From NCBI GenBank assembly GCA_965248695.1, contig CBDFKD010000002.1:1024001-1088000 (forward strand): a DNA stretch of 64,000 nt, written 5' to 3'. The DNA is from Acidobacteriota bacterium. Its GTDB lineage: Bacteria > Acidobacteriota > UBA890 > WLXD01. The translations under genes and the position numbers were made by a program. Shown here piece by piece: positions 51,944 through 64,000 of this stretch. Position 1 is the first letter of the stretch. Each line of letters starts with the position of its first letter. Under the pieces are notes generated by a model, which worked only from the letters and a program-made list of their open reading frames with translations, made no database searches and was not told the DNA's origin.

Positions 51944-52471
51944 ATGATGAGGTCTAGGCTGTTGATCGCAGCGCTGATGATCGCAGTGCTGGCCACGGCC
52001 GGGGCGGCCGAAGCGCAGACGAGCGCCAACATATTTAGCGGCAAGATCGCCCCCGGAATAGTCAAGAAATTCTCGTTCACCTCGACCGAGTCGATCATCA
52101 TCGGGGTCAAGTTCACGGCGTTCGCCAAGACCGACGTCGACATCCTCGTCGTCGACGTTACCAACGACGGCGACGCAGAAGACGATGACAAGGTCATCGG
52201 CGATTTTTCGTCCGGTGTGTCGCGCATGGAGGAGGGCGTCATCAGCGTTGGCGGCGGCCGCACGATCGATATTTGCGTTACCAGCGCAAGCGGCCCGAAC
52301 ACGCGCTACATGCTGTTGTTCTACACCCTGGCGGTGACCGACATCGTGAAGGGTCCGTCCTCTGTTCAGGTGCGCGAGGCGGGTGAGTTCTCGGTAGACC
52401 AGCCGTCAGATGACGCTGCTACTGCAAGCCTGCAAGCGATCGTCAGGGAGCGCCTGCGCGCCAAGAGCTGA
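51944..52471 (+). CDS. Hypothetical secreted protein
   Basis: AGGAGG RBS, AEA signal peptide and a beta-sandwich-like body. Confidence 0.7.
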   Translation: MMRSRLLIAALMIAVLATAGAAEAQTSANIFSGKIAPGIVKKFSFTSTESIIIGVKFTAFAKTDVDILVVDVTNDGDAEDDDKVIGDFSSGVSRMEEGVISVGGGRTIDICVTSASGPNTRYMLLFYTLAVTDIVKGPSSVQVREAGEFSVDQPSDDAATASLQAIVRERLRAKS

Positions 52472-52497
52472 CCTGCGAGGAAGGCTGCGAGACCACG

Positions 52498-52529
52498 ACA
52501 GGGACGGTGATGGCACCGTCCCTGTTTTC
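52498..52529 (+). terminator. Intrinsic terminator between convergent genes
   Basis: Perfect 12-bp stem ACAGGGACGGTG-ATGG-CACCGTCCCTGT followed by a short T run. Confidence 0.7.
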
Positions 52530-52566
52530 ATGCCCAGCGCCCGGGCCGATCATCTGCGTGAGGATG

Positions 52567-53082
52567 TCAGCTCGTCGACAGGCAGCGCGTGATGCGCGGC
52601 GACAGCTCACGCCAGGAGCGCAACGGACACTTTCGGATCTCGATCTCATGCCCGTCGAGAATGACCTCCGCCACCCCGACGAGCTCGAACAGCCTACCGG
52701 CGATCGGGTGCTCGAGTGCCTGCCGCTTGCCCTCGAACACGCTCCGGGGCAGAGGCGAGTCATGCCATGCGAAGCGTCGGCTTCGTGACTCTCCGTCGAC
52801 CAGATCGGAGAGTTGCTCGATGGCCAGACCGTCGCAAAGGATGCGCTCGAACGGTGGCATGATCGCGCCCCAGCGAGCGTCCTTGTGCTTTTGCAAACGG
52901 ACCTTGTAGGCGTTCAGCGACAGCACACGTACGCCAGGGAGCGCAACAACTGCGCACATCCACGGCACCGCCGGCGAGGAACCGGCGAGATACGTCTCCA
53001 CGATCTCGTCGGTCACCAGTGATTCGGTGTGGACGATCAGCGCGTGGGGGTTCGGTGGGAACTCGCGTACGGCGTGCATCAC
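52567..53082 (-). CDS. Protein with tandem Nfu/NifU N-terminal-like domains
   Basis: PPNPHAL, then two similar units: VVALPGVRVL...KVRLQK...W and HPIAGRLFELVGVAEV....IEIRK...W. Confidence 0.6.
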   Translation of the reverse strand: MMHAVREFPPNPHALIVHTESLVTDEIVETYLAGSSPAVPWMCAVVALPGVRVLSLNAYKVRLQKHKDARWGAIMPPFERILCDGLAIEQLSDLVDGESRSRRFAWHDSPLPRSVFEGKRQALEHPIAGRLFELVGVAEVILDGHEIEIRKCPLRSWRELSPRITRCLSTS

Positions 53083-53247
53083 ATGCCCGGATGGATCGTG
53101 GGCTCGCTCGTGCGCCGGTACGGAAGGCGTACTCAGTTGAGGTTAGCAAATTGTCCCGTGCGCCGACAAGGACACGACGCGTCGCTAGCGTCGCACCTGT
53201 TCCCCCGGCGGCGTGAACAGACCCGGCACACCTCCAACCCGGCCCTG

Positions 53248-53781
53248 CTACGCCGCGTCGAACAGGCCGGCGATCTTGTCGAGGATTCTCCAGCCGAAGT
53301 GCTCCGCGCCCTGCGGCTCCAGGCGATGGAGTCGCGCCATCACTGCGCCGCGCCACGCGAGCGCCTGCGCCGGGTTGGCGCTCAGCACGCGCACAAGTGG
53401 CATCAAAGGAATCTCGAGCACCACCGAGTCTTCCCTCGCGGTTGCTGAGTATCGCCGGGAGTCCTCGCCGAGCAGCACCACGTCACCGAAAGACGCGTAG
53501 GGCGCCACGACATCGTACGTGGCGTGACCGCCAGCTTCCTCGAACCGCTCCAGACGCAGCGAGCCATCCAGCAGCAAGTACACCGAATCGGCGTGCTCGC
53601 CCTGGGCGAACAGGCTCTCGCCCTCGTGTACCAGGCGACATTCGGCCATCTTCGAGAGGCCAACGAGGGCCTTGGTGCTGAGATCGTTGAGGTGCGAGCA
53701 GTTTCCGAGTAGCAGCGGGTTGACCCCGGTCACGGCAGTCGACGGGAACTCCTTGCGCAGCGTCTTCATCGAAGTGCTCAT
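53248..53781 (-). CDS. Cyclic nucleotide-binding domain protein
   Basis: GESLFAQGEHADSVYLLLDG, SFGD and RRYSATA. No Crp HTH. Confidence 0.85.
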   Translation of the reverse strand: MSTSMKTLRKEFPSTAVTGVNPLLLGNCSHLNDLSTKALVGLSKMAECRLVHEGESLFAQGEHADSVYLLLDGSLRLERFEEAGGHATYDVVAPYASFGDVVLLGEDSRRYSATAREDSVVLEIPLMPLVRVLSANPAQALAWRGAVMARLHRLEPQGAEHFGWRILDKIAGLFDAA

Positions 53782-54000
53782 TTGTGCCTCTCCTGCGTCC
53801 CGCTCGGAGGGGTGGCCGGCGAGATCTCTACCTCCTTATTCGCCAAATCGACCCATTTGGTTTCGTCTGAGCCCCCTCCCCCTTCGACACCTCCGCTGGC
53901 TGCGCACTCGACCGTGCGGTCGCTGGAAGCGATAATCTCGTTCTGCGTGCCGAAACGGTGTTCGGTCGCCCCCTCACAGAGAACGCCGAGAGGAAACCTC

Positions 54001-54342
54001 ATGAAGCAGCACGAGCGCCGCGTTGACGGCGTGGTCATCATCGAGCTAGAAGGCAAGCTCACGCTGGGCGCCGGCGACGTGCAGCTACGGCAGATCGTCA
54101 ACGACTTGCTCGAACGCAATGAGGACAAGATTCTGCTCGACCTGGGCGGGATCAAATACATGGACAGCGCCGGAACCGGAGAGCTCGTTTCCGCATACAC
54201 CTCCTGTGCGAACCGCGGCGCGCAGCTGAAGCTCTTGAATCTCAGTGCCAAGGTGCGCGACCTGCTGCTCTTCACGCAGCTCATAAGCATCTTCGAGGAC
54301 TACACCGACGTCGCCGAGGCGGTCCACAGCTTCTCGGAATAG
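54001..54342 (+). CDS. STAS-domain anti-sigma-factor antagonist
   Basis: LEGKLTLG, ILLDLGGIKYMDSAGTGELV and LKLLNL. Confidence 0.92.
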   Translation: MKQHERRVDGVVIIELEGKLTLGAGDVQLRQIVNDLLERNEDKILLDLGGIKYMDSAGTGELVSAYTSCANRGAQLKLLNLSAKVRDLLLFTQLISIFEDYTDVAEAVHSFSE

Positions 54343-54635
54343 CCCTCTACGGCAGTAGACGTCCGCGGCGGCAGCTGTTCCGCCGCCGGCCGACAGGGTG
54401 CGTCATACAACCGACCGGCGCCCGCGACACAGGTTCGAAGGCAAGCCCCTTGCTCCGAGCGAGGTGCCTGTGAGCCGCGCGGTGCCGGGAAACGCGACCT
54501 GCCACGATCCCCATCGTCCAAGGTCGGTGCCGCGCGGCTGTTTCTTGGGCGTCGAGAGGGGGGCGGAGTAGGCGCACACCCCGCTTCGATTTGCCGTGCC
54601 CTTCCGCAAGTGCTTTCATACGGCGGGGAGAGCAA

Positions 54636-55939
54636 ATGACCGGTCGGATCGGCAGCTTGTTGAACGACGAGCGCCCCGCCGTGTTGGCGCTCGCTGACGG
54701 CTCTGTCTTTCGAGGAATCGGCTTCGGGGCGTCCTGCGTTCGCTGCGGCGAGGTGTGCTTCAACACCAGCATGAGCGGGTATCAAGAGATCCTCACCGAT
54801 CTTTCGTACGCCGGTCAGATCGTCGTCATGACGTACCCGCAGATCGGTAATGTCGGGGTGAACGCTGCCGACGCCGAATCCGCTCGACCCGCCCTCGCGG
54901 GGTTCGTCGTCCGGGAAGTATTCGAGACGGCCAGCAACTGGCGCTCGGAGGAATCGCTCGGCGCCTATTTGACCCGGCACGGGGTGCCGGGAATCTCCGA
55001 TATCGATACGCGTGCGCTGGTGCGTCGCATCCGGGATCGGGGCTGTCAGAACGCGGTGCTCTCGACCGATCCGGACCAGCAGGGCGGCGACGCGCTAGTG
55101 GACCTGGCCCGCGATCTGCCGCCGATGGACGGGCTTGATCTGGTGGCCGACGTTACCTGTTCGGCACCTTACGAGTGGGATGCCGGCAGCTGGGAAGGCA
55201 TCGACGGGCAGATGCCGCTCGCCGACGTCCCTGAGGATCGATTGCGGCTCGTGGCATTCGACTTCGGCATCAAGCACAGCATTCTGAGGTTGCTGGTCGA
55301 TCATGGCTTCGAGGTCACTGTGGTGCCGGCGCACACGACCGCGGCGGAAGTGTCGACAATCGATCCTGACGCGGTTTTTCTGTCCAACGGCCCGGGTGAT
55401 CCCGCCGCGGTGCTCGGCGTGCCTGCCACCGTCCGGCAGCTCGCCGATCGCTACCCCATGTTCGGCATTTGTCTCGGCCATCAGATTCTCGCACTGGCAC
55501 TCGGCGGCTCGACGCGAAAGCTGAAGTTCGGCCACCACGGCGCCAACCAGCCCGGTCGCGACGTCCACAGCGGGCGGGTGTCGATCTGTGCCGAGAACCA
55601 CGGTTTCGCGGTCGATCCGGAGTCGTTGCTCGAGGCCGGCGAGCCGGTCGAAGTCACGCACATAAACCTGAACGATCGCACCGTAGAGGGACTGGCTCAC
55701 CAGACGCGGCCGATTTTCTCGGTTCAGTACCACCCGGAGGCGTCTCCGGGGCCACATGACGCGCAGTACTTCTTCCAGCGGTTCCGCGACATGGTGCTGC
55801 GGCACAAAGCCGGCGAGGCAGTGACCGGTGCCGAGATTGCCCGAGGAGTCGATGTTGGGCGCAGAGACGCGGGGCCGGGCGACCAAGGGCCTGACGCCGG
55901 TCGCAGTAGCGCGGGTCACAGCGCGGCGGGCGTGAGCTG

Positions 55940-55940
<1 letters not shown>
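54636..55940 (+). CDS. carA: Carbamoyl-phosphate synthase small subunit
   Basis: [29 protein letters not shown] and SVQYHPE. Confidence 0.97.
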
Positions 55941-59176
<3,236 letters not shown>

Positions 59177-59183
59177 CCACGGC

Positions 59184-60671
59184 GTGTCGAACCTTCGCCG
59201 GTGTGCGGTTGCTCTGGCCGCGGCGATCATGGCGCTGGCAGGCGGCGGAAGCGGGGTGATGGTCCTTGCGGCTCCCGACCGTCCGAACGTCCTGCTGATC
59301 CTGGTCGACGATCTTGGTTACATGGACATCGGGGCCAACAACCCACAGACGTTCTACAACACACCGAGCATTGATCAGCTCGCAGCCGAAGGCATGCGCT
59401 TCACCAACGGCTACGCCGCCAACCCGGTGTGCTCGCCGACGCGCTACAGCATCCTTACCGGCAAGTACCCGACGCGGGCACGGGCCACCGATTGGTTTTC
59501 GGGAACGCTGACGCAGCGCTTCTTGCATGCGCCCTTCGCCGATCGGATGCCGCTCGAGGAGCGCACGTTGGCGGAAGTCTTGGGGGAGGCCGGTTACGCG
59601 ACGTTCTTCGCCGGCAAGTGGCATCTCGGTCCGACCCCGGACTACTGGCCGGAAGCACAGGGGTTCGATGTTAACAGGGGCGGTCACGAGCGCGGTGGAC
59701 CCTACGGCCCAGGGCGATACTTCACCCCGTACGGTAATCCTCGACTCGCTGACGGACCTCCTGGCGAGCACCTGCCATCGAGGTTGGCGCGTGAGACGGT
59801 CGAGTTCATCCGCGCCCACCAGGAGCAGCCGTTCTTTGCCTACCTGGCCTTTTACTCCGTGCATACGCCGCTCATGGCCCCGCAGCCGCTGGTCGACAAG
59901 TACGCCGCCAAGGCGGAAGCGATGCAGTTGACGGAGCGCGACCCGTTCGGTGAAGAGGAGCAGGTCTGGCCGGACGCACCGTTGCGACAGGTGCGTGAGC
60001 TTCAATCGCATGCGGTCTATGCCGCTATGGTCGAGTCGATGGATCGCGCCGTGGGCACCGTGCTCAGCGCGCTCGAGTCCGTCGGGCTGGCCGACGACAC
60101 GATGGTGTTGCTGACATCGGACAACGGCGGCCTATCGACCTCCGAGGGCCTGCCGACCAGCAACCTGCCGCTGCGCGGTGGCAAGGGATGGGTCTACGAA
60201 GGCGGCATTCGCGAGCCCTTCATCGTTCGCTGGCCGGGCGTTACGCGACCCGGGTCCGCGTCGGACGAACCGGTAATGAGCATCGACCTGTTTCCGACTG
60301 TTGTGGAGGCGGCCGGATTGTCGCCCGGCGATCCGACGGTCGACGGGATGAGCCTCGTGCCGCTGCTGCGCGATGGCGGTCCGCTGACGCGCGAGGCGCT
60401 CTTCTGGCACTACCCGCACTACTCCAATCAAGGCGGCTTTCCGGGCGGTGCCATTCGCGCCGGGCGCTGGAAGCTGATCGAACGCTACGAAGATGGCCGT
60501 ACACACCTCTTCGATCTAGACGCTGACATCGGCGAGCAGCACGACCTTGCCGCGGCGCGACCACGGCAGGTCGCGGAGCTACGTCAGCGTCTGCACCGCT
60601 GGTACGAGGATGTCGACGCGCTGTTCCTGCGCCCCAAGCCGGGCGGGCCGGCGCCCTGGACGCCACAATGA
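59184..60671 (+). CDS. Cys-type sulfatase, exported
   Basis: PNVLLILVDDLG, CSPTR, GKWHLG, TSDNG and YEGGIREP. Confidence 0.93.
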   Translation: MSNLRRCAVALAAAIMALAGGGSGVMVLAAPDRPNVLLILVDDLGYMDIGANNPQTFYNTPSIDQLAAEGMRFTNGYAANPVCSPTRYSILTGKYPTRARATDWFSGTLTQRFLHAPFADRMPLEERTLAEVLGEAGYATFFAGKWHLGPTPDYWPEAQGFDVNRGGHERGGPYGPGRYFTPYGNPRLADGPPGEHLPSRLARETVEFIRAHQEQPFFAYLAFYSVHTPLMAPQPLVDKYAAKAEAMQLTERDPFGEEEQVWPDAPLRQVRELQSHAVYAAMVESMDRAVGTVLSALESVGLADDTMVLLTSDNGGLSTSEGLPTSNLPLRGGKGWVYEGGIREPFIVRWPGVTRPGSASDEPVMSIDLFPTVVEAAGLSPGDPTVDGMSLVPLLRDGGPLTREALFWHYPHYSNQGGFPGGAIRAGRWKLIERYEDGRTHLFDLDADIGEQHDLAAARPRQVAELRQRLHRWYEDVDALFLRPKPGGPAPWTPQ

Positions 60672-61651
60672 GACGATGTTCGATGCTCCTGGGACTGGTG
60701 CTCGCTACGATGTTGGGCGGCGGCCCGATGCAGGCGCCGGCGCCCGGCGACGCGGTCAGCGTGACGATTCCGGGTACGCCGGTCACGTTCGAGATGGCCT
60801 TCGTCCCGGGCGGCGTATTCGAGCTCGGTAGCCCGGTCGACGAGGTCGGCCGCGACGAGGATGAAGGCCCAGTGCGGCAGGTTCGAATCGAGCCGTTCTG
60901 GATGGGCGTGCACGAGGTAACCCACGACGAGTTCGCGGTCTTTCGATACCGCCGACTGGACGATCACGTCGGCGCCGCTGCCGAGCTGCCATTCGACGCG
61001 GACGGCGTGAGCCGGCCGAGCCCGCCATACGAGGACCCCGCCCACGGGATGAACAAGGCCGGGCATCCTGCGGTGGGCATGACGCGCTGGGCGGCGTTGC
61101 AGTACGCCCGCTGGCTCTCGCACAAAACCGGACAGTTGTACCGTTTGCCCACCGAGGCCGAATGGGAGTACGCCTGTCAGGCCGGCGAAGACCGTGCCTA
61201 CGGGTTTACCGCCGTCGCCGACCTTGGCGCACATGCGTGGCTGGTAGACAACAGCGAGGGCTCGTACCACGCGGTCGGACTCAGGGAGCCCAATGTGTGG
61301 GGCCTGTACGATCTGCACGGCAATGTCGCCGAGTGGGTGGCCGATCGCTACGACGATGCACTCTACGCCAGCCTCGCGGGTGGCGAGCCCGTCGCGGCGC
61401 CGATATCGGGGGCGCCCGGCCAGGGACAGGGCTTGGTTCGCGGCGGCGCCTACGGTGACGGGCCGGCCGAAGCTCGCTGCGCAGCGCGGTTCCCGGAGAC
61501 TGCCTACTGGAAGCGGCGCGACCCGCAGATACCCAAGAGCCGCTGGTGGAACACAGATTCGGAACACGTCGGATTTCGAGTCGTGCGCCCGGCGCGCGAA
61601 GTGACGCTCGACGAGGTCCAAGCGTACTGGAACGCGATCTTCGGCGCGTAG
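60668..61651 (+). CDS. FGE-sulfatase (SUMF1-like) domain protein
   Basis: YRLPTEAEWEYAC, PNVWGLYDLHGNVAEW, RGG and VGFRVV. ATGA overlap with the sulfatase. Confidence 0.9.
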   Translation: MRRCSMLLGLVLATMLGGGPMQAPAPGDAVSVTIPGTPVTFEMAFVPGGVFELGSPVDEVGRDEDEGPVRQVRIEPFWMGVHEVTHDEFAVFRYRRLDDHVGAAAELPFDADGVSRPSPPYEDPAHGMNKAGHPAVGMTRWAALQYARWLSHKTGQLYRLPTEAEWEYACQAGEDRAYGFTAVADLGAHAWLVDNSEGSYHAVGLREPNVWGLYDLHGNVAEWVADRYDDALYASLAGGEPVAAPISGAPGQGQGLVRGGAYGDGPAEARCAARFPETAYWKRRDPQIPKSRWWNTDSEHVGFRVVRPAREVTLDEVQAYWNAIFGA

Positions 61652-61684
61652 TACCGTGCCATCCTAGCCTTGCACGGAGGAGTC

Positions 61685-63007
61685 ATGAACAGGCGAGATT
61701 TCGTAAGGACGAGCACGGCCGCCGCCGTCGGCGGCCTGTCGCTGAGCCGACCAGAGGCATTGCGCGCACAGCCGCCGACGGCCGATGCGATCCGTGTCGG
61801 GGTGGTCGGTTGCGGGGGCCGCGGCACCGGGGCGGCCGTCCAGGCGCTGAGCACGGCGCAGGACGTCAAGCTGGTCGCCATGGCCGATGCGTTCGACGAC
61901 AACGTGCAACGGAGCTACGAAACGCTCATGTCGTTCGAGCGCGAAGACTGGCTCGGCGGCGACAGCGATCTACGGGCACGCGTCGACGTGCCTCCCGAGC
62001 GTCGCTTCTCGGGATTCGACGCCTACAAGCAGGTGTTGCCGTTGGTCGATGTGGTCATCCTGACCACGCCGCCTGGCTTCCGGCCGACCCACTTCGAGGC
62101 GGCGGTCGCGGCCGGGAAGCAGATATTCATGGAGAAGCCCGTGGCCACCGACGCCCCCGGGGCGCGGCGCGTCTACGAGGCCGGCAAGCACGCCCACGAC
62201 AAGAAGCTCAACGTTGTTGTCGGACTGCAGCGCCACTACCAGGACATGTATCGCGGCTGGGTGGATCGGATTCACGCCGGCATGATCGGCGACGTGATCC
62301 TTGGTCGCGTTTATTGGAACGGCGCCGGCGTGTGGGTGCGGCCGCGTACGCCGGAACAGACCGAGATGGAGTACCAGATGCGTAACTGGTACTACTTTAA
62401 CTGGCTGTGTGGCGACCACATTGTCGAGCAGCATATCCACAACATCGACGTGGCCAACTGGGTAATGGACGGGCACCCGGTTCGCGCCCAGGGACAGGGC
62501 GGGCGCCTGGTGCGCACCGGTAAAGACCACGGCGAGATCTTCGATCATCACTTCGTCGAGTTCGAGTACGAGAACGGCAGCCGCGTCCTAAGCCAGTGTC
62601 GCCACATACCGGACTGCATGGACCGCGTCTCCGAGGGCTTCCACGGCACCAACGGCACCGCGCCGCGGCCAGGGGTGATCCTCTCCAAGAGCGGCAAGTC
62701 GCTGTTCGAGTACGATGACGGCGCCGACCCGAATCCCTACCAGGTGGAGCACGACGAGCTGTTCGCGGCGGTAGCCGCGGGCGAGTACACCTACGCCGAC
62801 ACCGAGCGTGGCGTGGTGGCGTCGATGACGGCGGTCCTGGGTCGGATGGCCACCTACTCCGGCCAGGTGGTCGAGTGGGATCAGGCGATTGCCTCGGAGC
62901 TCGACCTGATGCCGCCGCGGCTCGCCTGGGACGCGGCACCGCAGGTGGTTCCTGACGCCAACGGGGCGTACCCGATCCCCACCCCCGGCGTCACTCGAGC
63001 GTTCTGA
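61685..63007 (+). CDS. Tat-exported Gfo/Idh/MocA oxidoreductase
   Basis: NRRDFV Tat motif, GVVGCGGRG, FMEKP and EQHIHNID. Confidence 0.93.
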   Translation: MNRRDFVRTSTAAAVGGLSLSRPEALRAQPPTADAIRVGVVGCGGRGTGAAVQALSTAQDVKLVAMADAFDDNVQRSYETLMSFEREDWLGGDSDLRARVDVPPERRFSGFDAYKQVLPLVDVVILTTPPGFRPTHFEAAVAAGKQIFMEKPVATDAPGARRVYEAGKHAHDKKLNVVVGLQRHYQDMYRGWVDRIHAGMIGDVILGRVYWNGAGVWVRPRTPEQTEMEYQMRNWYYFNWLCGDHIVEQHIHNIDVANWVMDGHPVRAQGQGGRLVRTGKDHGEIFDHHFVEFEYENGSRVLSQCRHIPDCMDRVSEGFHGTNGTAPRPGVILSKSGKSLFEYDDGADPNPYQVEHDELFAAVAAGEYTYADTERGVVASMTAVLGRMATYSGQVVEWDQAIASELDLMPPRLAWDAAPQVVPDANGAYPIPTPGVTRAF

Positions 63008-63019
63008 GGTAGGCCTCGG

Positions 63020-63968
63020 GTGCGACGACGCGATTTCATGGGAGCGCTGGCCGGCGCGGCGGTGGCCTGGGGACCCTCCGTCGGCGCGACGACTCCAGAT
63101 CCTGTTGCCCTGGCACCGACGAGGCGTTTCCCGGCAGGGGCCACACAAGATCCGTTCGGGCTCGACTACGCGCCGCACCTCGGGATGTTCCGCGAGACTG
63201 GCGGCGAGGATCCGATCAGCCAGCTGCAGTTCATGGCAGCGCAGGGGTTTCGCGCGCTCGAGGACAACGGCATGCGGGGCCGGTCGACTAGCGAGCAGGC
63301 CGACATCGCGGCGGAGATGTCGCGCCTCGGCATGCGCATGGGCGTGTTCGTGGCCCACACGATCTACTGGCGCGAACCTGGCCTCGCCAGTGGCGATGCC
63401 GACAAGCGTGCGGAGTTTCTCTCCGAGATTCGTTCGTCGGTAGAGGTTGCCAAGCGCGTCAACGCAACCTGGATGACGGTGGTCCCCGGGCACGTGGACC
63501 TGAGGGTTCATCCTGACTACCAGACAGCGAACGTCGTCGAGACGCTCAAGCAGGCCACGTCCATCCTGGAGCCCCACGGCTTGGTGATGGTAGCTCGAGC
63601 CGCTGAACCCACGCGACCATCCCGGGTTGTTCCTCAAGGGAATTCCGCAGGCGTTCCAGATCTGCCGGGCGGTCGACAGTCCGGCGTGCAAGATCCTCGA
63701 CGACCTCTACCACCAGCAAATCAGCGAGGGGAACCTGATTCCCAACATCGACGCGGCCTGGGATGAGATCGCCTACTTCCAGATTGGCGACAATCCGGGC
63801 CGCGATGAGCCGACGACCGGCGAGATCAACTACAGCAACGTCTTCCGGCACATTCACGACAAGGGCTTCGACGGGATCCTCGGCATGGAACATGGGAACT
63901 CCCAGCCCGGCCGCGCCGGCGAGTCGGCGGTGATCGAGGCGTACCGGATGGTTGATGTCCGGCGCTAG
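63020..63968 (+). CDS. Hydroxypyruvate-isomerase-like TIM-barrel protein, apparent +1 frameshift near 63592
   Basis: RRRDF Tat motif and YAPHLGMF. After removing one base: VLEPLN..HPG, DLYHQQISEGN, QIGDNPGRDEP.TGEINY and GMEH. Confidence 0.88.
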
Positions 63969-64000
63969 CCCACCCGCGTGGCGGCCAGCCGCGCGCAGCT

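Noticed and set aside
60668-61651. FGE/C-type-lectin-fold gene as a DGR target
   Set aside because: No template repeat of its 3' end and no reverse transcriptase in the window.

Overview
GC-rich bacterial chromosomal window. The PadR/ADOP permease pair, the ECF/TPR-kinase pair, the Tat-signal Gfo/TIM-barrel cluster and the TonB receptor suggest a Gram-negative Acidobacteriota-like organism, which is an inference. Core genes are carAB and tRNA-Ser(GGA). Most of the rest is accessory: secreted enzymes, a vapBC module and five IS3-family copies or remnants concentrated at 27.3-28.6 kb and 41.5-48.0 kb. Several genes carry single-base frameshifts, which may be long-read errors, and several orphan gene fragments are present. 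Main observations that the ORF track misses: (1) a B12/radical SAM gene whose apparent TGA stop is very likely selenocysteine (WYC-U-AEP tail plus a SECIS-like hairpin); (2) a Cys/His-containing RSPP leader ORF translationally coupled to a ZnuD-like TonB receptor; (3) an AT-richer, roughly 830-aa restriction-nuclease/AAA+ ATPase gene, a putative defence gene, broken by an IS, a frameshift and a nonsense codon; (4) a 174-nt rod-like ncRNA candidate behind tRNA-Ser; (5) a 274-bp MITE with perfect 32-bp terminal inverted repeats; (6) a 524-bp inverted duplication bracketing the start of a flavin amine oxidase gene. No CRISPR array, rRNA, integrase or reverse transcriptase was seen.
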